A DNA stretch of 64,000 nucleotides from Candidatus Bathyarchaeota archaeon (GCA_963811105.1 CAWEPZ010000013.1:168686-232685); one strand, 5' to 3'; shown: positions 20,395 through 31,533, counted from the stretch's first letter. Numbers and translations: made by a program. Notes: a model not told the origin generated them from the sequence alone.

Positions 20395-22944
20395 TTGTGG
20401 GGAAGAAGTATGGAGAAGAAATTTGTTTCCGTGGGAATAATGATGCTTCTGTTGTCAAGTATGATGTTTGTGGCATTTGAAATTCATCCAGCAAAAGCTT
20501 CAGGGCAAATTGCGGCGCCAGATGATATCACCGAGACTATAACGCTCAAGGCCGCGACTGCCTGGTATTGGACATCGACGACAAGCATCAAAACGGTTGC
20601 CTGCACAGACATAAACGGTGATGGACAGACCGAGATAATTACAGGCGGCTCCTTCTTTGACGGCGCACGCAACATAGCGCAACTAGTGGTATGGAATAGC
20701 ACCAGTCTCGCAGCAGAGAAAATTACAAGCTGGCACTGGACAGGAAACACTACAATCAACTCCCTAGCTGCAGGAGACGTCAACGGGGATGGCAAAACCG
20801 AAATTGTCACCGGCGGATACTATTTCGATGGAACCCGCCAAGTTGCTCAGCTGGTTGTATGGAATGGCTCCAGCTTGGCTGCTGAGAAAATCCAAACTTG
20901 GTATTGGACTGGCAACACTGTCATCAATTCGGTGGCTTTGGGCGATGTTGACGGTGATGGTCAAGTGGAAATCGTTACAGGCGGATACTACAATGATGGT
21001 GCACGCAATGTGGCACAACTTATTGAATGGAACGGGCTTAATCTATCCGTTGATCGCTTATCGGGCTGGTATTGGACAGGTAATACCGTCATTAACTCAG
21101 TTGCTGTCGGCGATGTGGATAATGATGGTCAAGTGGAGATCGTTACAGGCGGATTTTACTTTGATGGAACACGCCTCGTTGCCCAGCTGATTGAGTGGAC
21201 TGGAACGAATCTGGCAGTTGATAGGCTAACGTCTTGGTATTGGACAGGCAGCACAGTGATCAATTCAGTCGCGATAGGAGATGTTGATAATGATGGACAG
21301 ACCGAGATAATCACGGGCGGCTCCTTCTTTGATGGCACACGCAACAATGCGCAGCTTGTGGTTTGGGCAGGATCCAATTTGTCAGTTGATCGGCTAACAG
21401 CTTGGTATTGGACAGGCAACACAGTCATCAATTCAGTTGCGTTAGGCGATGTTGACGGTGATGGCCAGATGGAGATTATTACCGGCGGGTCCTATTTTGA
21501 TGGCACACGAAATAATGCACAGTATGTCGTTTGGAGTGGCTCAAACTTGTCGGTTGAGAGTGCTAAGAACTGGTTCTGGACAAGTGATACTGTCATCAAT
21601 TCGGTGGTTGCGGGGGATGTTAATGGAGACTTTTCAGCCGAGATAATTGCGGGCGGGGCGTACCATGATGGCACGCGTTTGAGTGCTCAGCTTACGGTGT
21701 GGGGTGTTGTTCAAAATTATGTTCCAGCTTACAAGGTATATGGGTTAGATTTTAGCCCTTACAATAGAGATGGGCAAGATCCCAATAGTGGAACAGTGAT
21801 TACTGAGGCGCAGATAAGAGAATTATTGACAACGGTTAAACCGTATACTAATTGGGTGCGGACTTTTGGGTGTTCAAGCGGTCTTGAGGTGGCTGGTCGA
21901 GTAGCTCATGAGTTAGGTTTGAAGGCGGCTGTTGGAGCTTGGATTGGCAGTGATCTTTCTGCTAATGAAGGAGAAATTTCTAAGCTTATAAGCATCGGTA
22001 AAGCGGGTGAAGCGGATATGTTAATAGTCGGCAGTGAAGTTCTGCTGCGTGGAGATGTTACAGAAACTCAGCTGATAGAGTACATCAACAGAGTAAAAGT
22101 TGCTGTTCCTGGAATCCAAGTTGCAACAGCTGACGTTTATGGCGAACTTCTAGCACACCCAGCCGTGGTAGCTGCTGGCGATGTGGTCTTGCCCAATTTT
22201 TATCCTTACTGGGAAGGAGTAAACGTGACCTATGCTGTTGCCCATGTTAATGTTTGGTATAATGAAATAGTGTCAGCGGCTGGAGGGAAACCTGTTTTTG
22301 TTTCAGAGTCAGGTTGGCCAAGCAGTGGCAACCAGATTGGAGATGCTGTTGCGTCGCCCGAGAACGCTGCCTTTTACTTTTTGAATTTCGTCTCTTGGGC
22401 AAGGGCAAAGAATGTGCCTTTCTTATACTTTGAAGCTTTCGATGAACCCTGGAAAGCAGCTTCCGAGGGACCTCAAGGTGCCCATTGGGGCGTTTGGGAC
22501 AAAGACGAAAACCTCAAAGCAGGAATGAAAGACGTGTTTGACAACAAAACAATCAGTGATAACTGGAGCGGCGACGGAACAATTGCAGGACCTGGAAACG
22601 CCACCATCCAATTTATCTACGTACCACCATATGGAAGCTTTGACAACCTTAAAGGACAGGTTCTACACGTAAAACCTGCTAATTACAATGTAGCTGTATT
22701 CATCAAAGTTGGGTCAGGATGGTGGACAAAACCGCTCTTCTCCAATCCACTAACCTTCATAAATCCTGACGGAAGCTGGGTTTGCGACGTTACAACTGGA
22801 ACAAATGATCAAACCGCCACTGAATTTGCTGCCTATCTGCTCCCTGTCGGCTATAACCCCCCACTAAGCAGCGGACAAAGCACATTACCTGCAGAGCTTG
22901 ACCAGAACGCAGCCGCCAAATGCCAAACCACTCGAACGCCATAG
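20395..22944 (+). CDS. Secreted protein: N-terminal 7-blade FG-GAP-like propeller plus GH17 beta-1,3-glucanase/transglycosylase
   Basis: Signal peptide; 7 x 56-aa blades; GLDFSPY, VRTFG, VGSEVLLR (acid/base), NFYPYW, SESGWPS (nucleophile), FEAFDEPWK. Confidence 0.9.
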   Translation: MWGRSMEKKFVSVGIMMLLLSSMMFVAFEIHPAKASGQIAAPDDITETITLKAATAWYWTSTTSIKTVACTDINGDGQTEIITGGSFFDGARNIAQLVVWNSTSLAAEKITSWHWTGNTTINSLAAGDVNGDGKTEIVTGGYYFDGTRQVAQLVVWNGSSLAAEKIQTWYWTGNTVINSVALGDVDGDGQVEIVTGGYYNDGARNVAQLIEWNGLNLSVDRLSGWYWTGNTVINSVAVGDVDNDGQVEIVTGGFYFDGTRLVAQLIEWTGTNLAVDRLTSWYWTGSTVINSVAIGDVDNDGQTEIITGGSFFDGTRNNAQLVVWAGSNLSVDRLTAWYWTGNTVINSVALGDVDGDGQMEIITGGSYFDGTRNNAQYVVWSGSNLSVESAKNWFWTSDTVINSVVAGDVNGDFSAEIIAGGAYHDGTRLSAQLTVWGVVQNYVPAYKVYGLDFSPYNRDGQDPNSGTVITEAQIRELLTTVKPYTNWVRTFGCSSGLEVAGRVAHELGLKAAVGAWIGSDLSANEGEISKLISIGKAGEADMLIVGSEVLLRGDVTETQLIEYINRVKVAVPGIQVATADVYGELLAHPAVVAAGDVVLPNFYPYWEGVNVTYAVAHVNVWYNEIVSAAGGKPVFVSESGWPSSGNQIGDAVASPENAAFYFLNFVSWARAKNVPFLYFEAFDEPWKAASEGPQGAHWGVWDKDENLKAGMKDVFDNKTISDNWSGDGTIAGPGNATIQFIYVPPYGSFDNLKGQVLHVKPANYNVAVFIKVGSGWWTKPLFSNPLTFINPDGSWVCDVTTGTNDQTATEFAAYLLPVGYNPPLSSGQSTLPAELDQNAAAKCQTTRTP

Positions 22945-23421
22945 ACAAGCAGAAAAAGTTGAAGCAAAAATATCCGTTAACCTTTCTTTGCTTTCTCTCT
23001 TTACGGAATAGTTCCGCACTCATTTTAAATGTTGATGTCACCATTCTCCACGTACTTCTTCCCTTTTTCTTTCAACCAAGTTCCAAAAAACCCGCTTGTT
23101 TGTCTGGGTTACTTTTGATTTTAGGAGATTTATGGGGAAGAATACATTAGAAATAGCACATATGAAAGGAAAAGCTATTCCAGAAGCCCCTTTATTCTGT
23201 TTCCTTCTTTTTTCGAAGAATTAAGTTAATATTTAAGATTGGGAAGCAGTCCGTTTGGTTTAGCACTCTTTTTTAGATGTCGACATGAAATTCTATGCTT
23301 TTTGTTTTCTTTTTTTTAAAAATCAGGAATTACTATTTTTGGCTTTAAAAAATAATTAGTCTGACGAAATTCTAAGTTTTTGTTGCCATGGATTTAGTAT
23401 AAACTTTTATTATCACCAAGT

Positions 23422-23440
23422 TGGCGACATCTCCCGCATT
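23422..23440 (+). repeat. TGGCGAnATCTCCCGC motif (family C); other copies at 23557, 24793, 63931 and a degenerate one at 27788
   Basis: 19 bp identical to 63931-63949; each copy is followed by a pyrimidine/T tract. Confidence 0.65.
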
Positions 23441-23639
23441 CCCTTTTTTTGTGTTTTTCTCAATAATATTTAAGATTCTGCAATTCCGATAAAACTTTTG
23501 ACACTCATACCTTCAGGATAACGAATTTTGTCTATTTGGCTTCTAAAAGGTTCGAGTGGCAAAATCTCCGGCTCAATCCCTTTTTCTCTTTTTGTATTTC
23601 CACTAATTATGTTATATTCGTTGTTAGTATATTTCGGCT

Positions 23640-24125
23640 TTAGATCATGCCCCAGACGGTTAGTTGGCTATTTAGGCGTGTTCCATCATAGAATGTTCCG
23701 CCGGCAACTATTTCAGTTGAAGAGTCACCATTCACGTCAACCACGCTTAGTGAGTTGATTGTCGTGTTGCCTGTCCAGTACCAGGTTTTGACATTTTCAA
23801 AAGCAATGCTTGAGCCTGACCAGATTTTCAGTTGGGCAACATCGCGTGAGCCGTCGTTGTATTGACCACCGGTTACTAATTCGGGTTGTCCATCACTGTC
23901 CACGTCGCCTATCGCAACAGATTTGATTGCCGTATTGCCTGCCCAGTACCAACCCGCCAGTCTATCCATTGTTAAATTTGAACCGATCCACTCCACGAGT
24001 TGTGCATTGTTGCGTGATCATCAAAGTATGACCCCACAGTAACAACTTCGCTTTGCCCATCACCGTCAACGTCGCCTAACGCAACAGAGTTGATCACCGT
24101 GTTACCTGTCCAGTACCAAGTGGTG
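23640..24125 (-). pseudogene. Orphan last three blades of the FG-GAP-like propeller (5'-truncated)
   Basis: Ends DGTRLNSQLTVWGMI*; no signal peptide; indel at ~24018. Confidence 0.8.
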
Positions 24126-24240
24126 AAGGATTAGTGGACGTATTCGTCAATATGAACTATCGATACATGATACGTGTTTCATTTAACACCAGAAAGCATT
24201 TAAGCCTAATCAAACGATATAAAAATGAGGTGATTTTTGC

Positions 24241-24498
24241 ATGACTACATCAACTGTAATTGATGAGTATACAGTCCTGTATTCATCTGGCACTTTTCGT
24301 CCTCGAATCTGGCTATATAGTGGCGGGAAAGCTATTGGACAACTTTATTTCGAGACCAACGGGTCAGCCTTGCCTCAAGATCAAATAATCGGTACGCCAA
24401 CTATCTTCTATCACCGAGAAGACTTTGCCAACGTCTTAGATATGCTAAGAAATGAAAAGCCAGTTGTTTTTGATTCGGATGGGTCCAGGATCAAATAA
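24241..24498 (+). CDS. Small hypothetical protein (C-terminus probably frameshifted)
   Basis: GAGGTGA RBS; F.NVLDMLRNEKP motif; the downstream frame gives TGREPAGE. Confidence 0.65.
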   Translation: MTTSTVIDEYTVLYSSGTFRPRIWLYSGGKAIGQLYFETNGSALPQDQIIGTPTIFYHREDFANVLDMLRNEKPVVFDSDGSRIK

Positions 24499-24852
24499 TG
24501 AGAATCGTACTTAGAACTGGTCGCGAGCCAGCCGGTGAAGCGAGAAAAATAAACGACAATTTCTAAATCCACTAAGTCACCCTCCTTTTTTTGCAAGAAG
24601 ATCAATTCTTCAATGGAAATGCGGTTATAGCCTAGTTTGATCTATCACCAACTATTGATACCGACAATAGAATTTTTGGTTTTTGCAATTCCTTTATTTT
24701 TTAGTAAGCTGGTACTCATTGAAATCAACAAAATGGAGTAAAGATCAAATCCTTTCAGAAAATAGTCCTTTTTGGCTTCTATAAGATTAAAGTGGCGAAA
24801 TCTCCCGCGCACTCCCTTTTTTTTCTGGTGTAGGGGCTAAAATCAAATTTGC

Positions 24853-25233
24853 CTATTTTGTATTATGACTATAATTTTGGGTAATGCCCCAAACGGTGAG
24901 TTGAGCATTCCAGCGAGCCCCGTCATTATGTTCGCCGCCCGTAACTATCTCCGTGGAAAAGTCTCCGTTAACATCTCCAACAACAACCGAGTTTATAGTA
25001 GTGTCACCCGTCCAGAACCAGGTCTGGATGTTCCAGACTGATAGGTTTGATCCAGTCCAGACAACCAGCTGTGAATTCTCGAGTGCTCCGTCAAAATAGT
25101 ATCCGCCAGTAACAACCTCCATCTGGCCGTCGGCGTCAACGTCGCCTATATCAATCGAGCTTATGGCGGTGTCGCCTGTCCAGTACCAACCCGTAAGCCT
25201 GTCCACAGCCAAACCAGAGCCTGTCCACGCCAC
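24853..25233 (-). CDS. Blades 6-7 of the propeller of the upstream glycoside hydrolase (same gene, frameshift in G6 run at ~25272)
   Basis: Removing one G restores TGGYYNDGARNVAQ in frame. Confidence 0.8.
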   Translation of the reverse strand: MAWTGSGLAVDRLTGWYWTGDTAISSIDIGDVDADGQMEVVTGGYYFDGALENSQLVVWTGSNLSVWNIQTWFWTGDTTINSVVVGDVNGDFSTEIVTGGEHNDGARWNAQLTVWGITQNYSHNTK

Positions 25234-25258
25234 TAGCTGAGCTACATTTCTTGCGCCA

Positions 25259-27733
25259 TCATTGTAATATCCCCCCTGTCGTTATCTCTATTAGGCTGTC
25301 GTTGTCAATGTCGCCAACGGCAACTGAGTTTATGGTTGTGTTGTTGATCCAGTACCAGGTTGTTAGGCGGTCAACTGCCAGATTTTGCCCCTCCCACTCG
25401 ACCAGTTGGGCTACGTTGCGTGATCCGTCAAAGTATGATCCGCCTGTAACAACCTCCACTTGGCCATCATCATCGGCGTCGCCTAGTGCAACAGAATGTA
25501 TGTAGGTGTTGCCGGTCCAATACCAAGCTGTTAGCCGATCTACCGTCAAGTTGGACCCAGCCCACACAACCAGCTGAGCCACATCCCTAGAGCCGTCAAA
25601 GAAGGAGCCGCCCGTAACAATTTCTGTTTGCCCGTCGCCGTCAACATCCCCAACGACCACAGAATTGATAGACGTATCGCCATGCCAGTACCAACTAGTG
25701 AGTCGTTTAACCACCAAGCTTGAGCCTGCCCAAACAATCAGCTGAGCCACACTTCTTGTGCCGTCAAAGTATGATCCGCCAGTAACAATCTCCACCTGCC
25801 CATCACCGTCAACATCACCCAACGCAACAGAATTAATAGTGGTGTTTCCTGTCCAGTACCAAGTCGTGAGCCGCTTGACTGCTAAATTGGTGCTGTTCCA
25901 AACTGCGAGTTGGGCCACAGTGCGAGTGCCGTCGTAGTAGTATCCGCCGGTAACTATCTCGTTTTGCTTGTCGTCGTCAACGTTGCCTGACGCGAGAGAG
26001 TTTATGGTTGTGTGGGAAGTCCAGTACCATGCGGTTACCTTGTCTAATTTTAGACTTTCATGTGCGGTAACCCAATCATTCAACTCAAGCAGTTTCGCAT
26101 CTTTCTCGGCATAGGGGAATGCGAAATCATCAATTGCCGGAGACAGATTCCAAAGTAGTGCCCCTGCGCCGCCTGCCTCTAATGTTAGGTTGAGATACTC
26201 AGCAATGCCTATGCTTGTGTTGTGAGTCGGATACTCTTCCAGACACCAAGGCTTTCCCGCCGGTATTAATGGAACATAATCAGACAAATTGCCCATCGAT
26301 GGATACAGATGGAAAGCAAAATAATCTAGATTCAATTCCTCTACCAGAGACATGAACTTGATGGACACTCCAACCGTGACTAACTTGCCGGGTGCATATG
26401 TCCGAATTGCATTGATGCAATCATCTATGAATGTGCGCCAAGGTTCAATAGGCACGTAATCATCTGCTCTTGTTTCTGTGTCAGCGTGTTCCCAGTCACC
26501 ACCAGCATTTTGACTCAATATCCACTCAGGCTCATTCATTACATCAAACCCTATAAGAGCAGGGTTATCTCCAAACTCCTCCAAGAAAGGTCTCAAAAAC
26601 TCATTCAAAAAACCTGTTTTCAAGGTTTCATTTGTGATTATCCCGCTCCTACCTCTAAGCCAAACTCCTTCAACAATCTCAGCCTTTCCAGCTATCAGGA
26701 AATCGACCAGCGTAAACTCCACCTTAATGCCTTCTTCACATGCTATGTCCAAAAACGTTTTAACATCTTCACGGAATTTATCATTGTATCCAATCACATG
26801 ACCTTCTTTATCGAACATAGTTCTGCCGTCTGCCAACAATTCCACACGAATTACCTTTGCGCCAGCCCGCCGGAAATTGTCAAAATTTGCCCTTACAAAA
26901 TTTGGATGCCTGGACACACCGTTTCCCCAAACAAACCAATCCGTCACGCCAAAACTCTGCCCATATGGCAATCCTCGAAAGTTGCCGCCTACCATAAACC
27001 ATTTTTCGTTGTTCAAATAGAAACCGTCGCTTTCCGCAGAGATTACATCTCCAGTGGCGAATCTAGGTACAGGTGATGATTCCGGAAGCGGCGGTGGCTG
27101 GGTAAGTTCAAATGCAGGACTCACAGTTAGGTTGGTCACTTGTAGCTGACCGCTAAACCTTGCAAGGGAACCATTTCCAATAGCAAATTTGACTCCAATA
27201 ATGATTATTTTTTCCGGGTCAAAACTGGAGGTTGCTTCGACGTGAGGCGTTAATGTCGCCTCAAATTTTCCGCTTTGATCTACATTAACCCATGTTCCAT
27301 ATTGTGACGTCCATTTGGTGTCGTTTTCTTTGGCGAATACTTGTAAACCGTTAAGTTTGCCTTGTTCTCCGACGAAACCAATCGGTACTTCTGCTTCCAC
27401 CGTAATTGTTCTTTGGCTCATGTCGATTGGAACTTGATCTTCTAGACCGGGAAAATATCGTAGGTCAAGCCACACTTCACCTTTCTCGAGATTGCTATCA
27501 TTTCCTATTAGATTAGCTGTCAAAATTAGTTTTCCCGCTTCCCAATGCACTGCGGTGATTCCTTGACTGTCAAAATAGTCTTGAGGTTGCCAATCCGCAT
27601 TATTGCTTATTAGCGATTGATTTGTATTTGTCTCGTCGGCTCTCACGTATTTAACTTGGTAGACTCCTTGGAAAAATGTTCCAAGTAACGCTAACAGTAA
27701 TATTAGCGTTGTGAGTTTGTAGAGCTTTTTCAT
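25259..27733 (-). CDS. Secreted clan GH-A (GH5-like) glycoside hydrolase with N-terminal CBM-like domain and C-terminal FG-GAP-like propeller
   Basis: Signal peptide; VIRV, VMNEPEW (acid/base), FHLY, LEEYP (nucleophile), GALLW; blades 1-5. Confidence 0.85.
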   Translation of the reverse strand: MKKLYKLTTLILLLALLGTFFQGVYQVKYVRADETNTNQSLISNNADWQPQDYFDSQGITAVHWEAGKLILTANLIGNDSNLEKGEVWLDLRYFPGLEDQVPIDMSQRTITVEAEVPIGFVGEQGKLNGLQVFAKENDTKWTSQYGTWVNVDQSGKFEATLTPHVEATSSFDPEKIIIIGVKFAIGNGSLARFSGQLQVTNLTVSPAFELTQPPPLPESSPVPRFATGDVISAESDGFYLNNEKWFMVGGNFRGLPYGQSFGVTDWFVWGNGVSRHPNFVRANFDNFRRAGAKVIRVELLADGRTMFDKEGHVIGYNDKFREDVKTFLDIACEEGIKVEFTLVDFLIAGKAEIVEGVWLRGRSGIITNETLKTGFLNEFLRPFLEEFGDNPALIGFDVMNEPEWILSQNAGGDWEHADTETRADDYVPIEPWRTFIDDCINAIRTYAPGKLVTVGVSIKFMSLVEELNLDYFAFHLYPSMGNLSDYVPLIPAGKPWCLEEYPTHNTSIGIAEYLNLTLEAGGAGALLWNLSPAIDDFAFPYAEKDAKLLELNDWVTAHESLKLDKVTAWYWTSHTTINSLASGNVDDDKQNEIVTGGYYYDGTRTVAQLAVWNSTNLAVKRLTTWYWTGNTTINSVALGDVDGDGQVEIVTGGSYFDGTRSVAQLIVWAGSSLVVKRLTSWYWHGDTSINSVVVGDVDGDGQTEIVTGGSFFDGSRDVAQLVVWAGSNLTVDRLTAWYWTGNTYIHSVALGDADDDGQVEVVTGGSYFDGSRNVAQLVEWEGQNLAVDRLTTWYWINNTTINSVAVGDIDNDSLIEITTGGILQ

Positions 27734-27824
27734 GAAATCGCTCCATTGTCTTGCCCGAATGCATCAACCTTAATCTCGCTTCGAGACGTGCGCATCTCCG
27801 CTTTCCTCCTTTTCAAAGCCTAAA

Positions 27825-28718
27825 CTATACTGTTTGTTTCATGCCCCAAACTACTATTTGGGCGCTCCATCGCAATTCGTCATAATATGCTCCGCCAGTC
27901 ACTATTTCAGCTGAGAAGTCACTATTAATGTCGCTTAGACATACGGAGTTTATGAGAGTATCGCTGACCCAGTACCACGTTCGCATATACTCAGGAGCTA
28001 GGCTGGAACCGCTCCAAACAACCAACTGAGCTACGTTACGCGTTCCGTCATAAAAGTATCCCCCCGTAACGATCTCTACTCGGCCATAACCGTCCACATC
28101 GCCCACAGCCACCGAATTGATGACTGTGTTGCCTGTCCAATACCAGTATGTAAACCGATCCACTGTCAAGTTGGACCCAGCCCACACAACCAGCTGAGCC
28201 ACATCCCTAGAGCCGTCAAAGAAGGAGCCGCCCGTAACAATTTCTGTTTGCCCGTCGCCGTCAACATCACCGACAGCTACAGAATTGATAGACGTATCGC
28301 CATGCCAGTACCAACTAGTAAGCCGTTTAACCACCAAGCTTGAGCCAGTCCAAACGACCAGCTGAGCAACACTTCTTGTGCCGTCAAAGTATGATCCGCC
28401 AGTAACAATCTCTACCTGACCGTCAGCCTCAACGTCGCCTATGGCCACGGAGTTAATTACCGTCTTGCCAGTCCAATACCACGAGAGTACCCTTATTGGC
28501 GGCGCTAACGTAGCCCCATTCCACACCACAAGTTGGGCTACGTTCCTTATGCCGTCAAAATAGTATCCGCCAGTAACAATCTCCACCTGACCATCAGCGT
28601 CAACGTCGCCTATGGCTACAGAGTTTATTACCGTATTACTATTCCAATACCATGTCCTTAATCTTTTGACCGCCAAATTCGATCCAGACCAAACAACCAA
28701 CTGAGCCACATTGCGCAC
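27825..28718 (-). CDS. Blades 3-7 of the propeller of the NosD-like protein (same gene, frameshift at ~28755)
   Basis: One missing A in GGC AAA (A)CC GAA. Confidence 0.8.
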   Translation of the reverse strand: MRNVAQLVVWSGSNLAVKRLRTWYWNSNTVINSVAIGDVDADGQVEIVTGGYYFDGIRNVAQLVVWNGATLAPPIRVLSWYWTGKTVINSVAIGDVEADGQVEIVTGGSYFDGTRSVAQLVVWTGSSLVVKRLTSWYWHGDTSINSVAVGDVDGDGQTEIVTGGSFFDGSRDVAQLVVWAGSNLTVDRFTYWYWTGNTVINSVAVGDVDGYGRVEIVTGGYFYDGTRNVAQLVVWSGSSLAPEYMRTWYWVSDTLINSVCLSDINSDFSAEIVTGGAYYDELRWSAQIVVWGMKQTV

Positions 28719-30136
28719 CCCGTCGTAGTATGTTCCGCCTGTGACGATTTCGGTTTGCCGTCTCCGTCTACGTCACCTAATGCCACAGAGTTTATGGTGG
28801 TGTTTCCAACCCAGTACCACGTGATCGACCGTTCAGGTATTAAAGAAGAGCTATTCCAAACAACCAGTTGAGCCACATTTCGAGTGCCGTCATAGAAAGC
28901 TCCGCCTGTCAAGGTTTCTTCTTGACCATCACCATCAACGTCACCGACAGCGACACTGTTAATGGTTGTGTTGGAGGTCCAATGCCACGTCGTGACGTTT
29001 AAGACTGACAGAGTTGGATTCCAAGGACTAATTAACGGATAATGGTCTACATTATTCGCGTCAATTACGTAGGGCGTGTCGCCAATTCCATCAAGATTTA
29101 TATCATTTCCTTTGTAGTCGCTCCAATAGTTACCTTCTTCGCCTTTATCCCATGAATTGTTGGTACCACTAGATTCTACTTGCTTTGTGTTGTTTTGGAA
29201 GTTGTTGCGATATAAATGCATATTTAATGTTTGGTAGACAGAGACGCCCTGCAAATTCCTTACTATATTGTTTGCAATTATACTGCTGTTACTAGAGGAG
29301 GGATAAAAATAGATGCCTGCTCCACCGTTGCTTGTCAAATTATTTCCGATTATCTTGTCGTTAGAAGAACGAAGATAAAGGCCTGATCCACTGTTGTTTG
29401 TAATGTTGTTTCTAGCGATAGTGTTATTTTCACCACCTTCAATCCAGATCCCAATGTTGTTGTTTGCTACGAAATTCTCAATGATAGTATCATTCAAGCC
29501 TCTCCAATAAAGTTCAAGGCCATACCCGTTGTTAATAATGCTATTTTCAGAAATCGTTCCATTCCAAAAATCATCAAGAAAGAGACCATAACTATTGTTT
29601 GTTACACTGTTACCAAAAATGCTATTCTGGCTTGTAGAGTCAGAGTTGACACCACAAACATTATTCATGATATTGTTCTTAGAAATTATGTTATTATTAG
29701 AATGCCATAAGAGATTAACGCCATTTGTGTTGTTCAATATGTTGTTTTCAGTTATCGTGTTGTGACCAGTAATAATATCGGATTGGAGAAGGATGCCATT
29801 TAGGAATGTTTTGATTGTCATATCCCTGACTGTTACGTTACTTTGTCCAGTAAGATTGATACCTGTTCCTGTTCCATTTCCCTGAAGCGTGTGGTTTCCG
29901 CCGTCAACCACGATGTTGCTTCGCTGAACCACAATCGGTGGATTATTTATGTCAGCTGTGAATGTGTAATAGGCGTTTCCAACATTGGAAATTGGTGCGT
30001 CTGGTGGGTCAATTGAACCGTCGGGTCTGATGTAGATTGTTCCAGCTGCCCTTGCTGGGTAAATTTCAAACACGCCTATTATCGCGTTTGCCGACAGAAG
30101 CGTCAGGATGGCCACAGCAAGAAGTCTCTTCTCCAT
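28658..30136 (-). CDS. Secreted right-handed beta-helix (NosD/pectin-lyase fold) protein with C-terminal propeller
   Basis: Signal peptide, IYIRPDGSIDP, Asn-rich NN.I..N.I.NN repeats, GNYWSDY.G.D...DGIGDTPY.ID..N.DHYPL. Confidence 0.85.
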   Translation of the reverse strand: MEKRLLAVAILTLLSANAIIGVFEIYPARAAGTIYIRPDGSIDPPDAPISNVGNAYYTFTADINNPPIVVQRSNIVVDGGNHTLQGNGTGTGINLTGQSNVTVRDMTIKTFLNGILLQSDIITGHNTITENNILNNTNGVNLLWHSNNNIISKNNIMNNVCGVNSDSTSQNSIFGNSVTNNSYGLFLDDFWNGTISENSIINNGYGLELYWRGLNDTIIENFVANNNIGIWIEGGENNTIARNNITNNSGSGLYLRSSNDKIIGNNLTSNGGAGIYFYPSSSNSSIIANNIVRNLQGVSVYQTLNMHLYRNNFQNNTKQVESSGTNNSWDKGEEGNYWSDYKGNDINLDGIGDTPYVIDANNVDHYPLISPWNPTLSVLNVTTWHWTSNTTINSVAVGDVDGDGQEETLTGGAFYDGTRNVAQLVVWNSSSLIPERSITWYWVGNTTINSVALGDVDGDGKPKSSQAEHTTTGCAMWLSWLFGLDRIWRSKD

Positions 30137-30268
30137 TTCTCCTTCCTTCGGTCGTCTGATATATTATAGCTGGATTCTGCAGATAAAACTTGTGGAAGAA
30201 TCAACTGTCAGCCTTCGGGGCCGTGCCAACTTATACCGAGCAGTCTCAAACGATTTATTTTGCGAATT

Positions 30269-30734
30269 AAAGCTGAGAAAGATAGCAATTCAAGGGTTCT
30301 TCCGCTATCAGAGAAAGTATTGACATGATTGCTAAACTTTCCAAGAACAGAAACACTCAGAGAAAAGAACAGCTGTTTGCTAACGCTGACGACGTGAGAA
30401 CATGCTTTTTCCTGCAAAATAGACGAATAGCTAAACGCCAAGCCAACAGGAACACGATGAAAATTCACTTTCACACTTTCAGGCATTGGAAAGCAAATAC
30501 TGAGCAGCATAAAACTTAGGATCCCTGGCACGTGAAGATGATTCTTGGCCATAAAAGGTCAGGTCAACGGAAACTTACATACAACTTGAAGAAATGCTAT
30601 ATGATGGTCAAGATTACGATAACTTTACTGTTAAAGTCGCTGACACAATCGACGAAGCAATAAGACTAATGGAAGCTGGCTTTGAGTACCACGCTGAAGC
30701 CGAAGGACACAAACTGTTTAGAAAAAGAAAATAG
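30269..30734 (+). pseudogene. Tyrosine recombinase/integrase, disrupted C-terminal half
   Basis: HFHTFRHW (HxxR), ILGHK, TETYI (catalytic Tyr), tail AGFEY...KLFRKRK*; internal TAG and frameshifts. Confidence 0.85.
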
Positions 30735-30977
30735 CCTTATCTGCTCCTACAAGACGCATATAATGGATAATACCAAAAGACCATGACCAACTTAAGGTAT
30801 AATTTCGAAAGAATTATTATGTGAATGACAATCGCCCAAATAGGATTCTGGAAAGCAGATAGCTCGATAAGATTACATTAAAGGAAATGCGGAAAGAAGT
30901 TCTTACCATATGTGCACAAGCTGTAGGAACGGTTTCCGCTGTTTGCAGTCGCCAAGCATCCAAGTTAAAGTCGTGGG

Positions 30978-31345
30978 TTACCAAGCCCAAACGCACAACT
31001 GAGCAACTGTGCGAGTGCTATCCCAGTAGTCGCCTCCTGTTAATATTTCGTTCTTACCGTTAGCATCCACATCCCCAACCGTCACAGAATTAATGTATGT
31101 GTCACTAGACCAGTACCAGGTTTTGACGTTTTTTAGTGCCAGTGTTGCGCCGTCCCAAACACACAATTGAGCAACGTTCCGAGCGCCATCATTATAGGTG
31201 CCACCTGTTATTATTTCGTTTTTGCCGTCAGTATCCACATCCCCAATACCGACAGAATTAATGAATGTGTGGCTTATCCAGTACCAGGCTTTAACATTTT
31301 TCAGCGTTAGCGTTGCACCATCCCAAACACACAACTGAGCACAAT
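30978..31345 (-). pseudogene. Orphan last two blades of a Cys-type (AQLCVW) propeller
   Basis: Starts abruptly at AQLCVWDG and ends AQLCVWAW*; no signal peptide. Confidence 0.75.
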
Positions 31346-31533
31346 CCCGCTAATTCAAGTTTCTTTATTGTTGGTTGAAACGGATCAAATCCATTGGGTT
31401 TTAGTTCATATCTAAGCAAATTCTCTTAACCACTACCTAACCGTGGAGTCGTTCAATGCGTTGCTAGAACGCATGCTAGTCTGAATGGTTATTTCTTAAA
31501 CAATTTTGACTGCGTGATACAAGTGTTTGAGGG

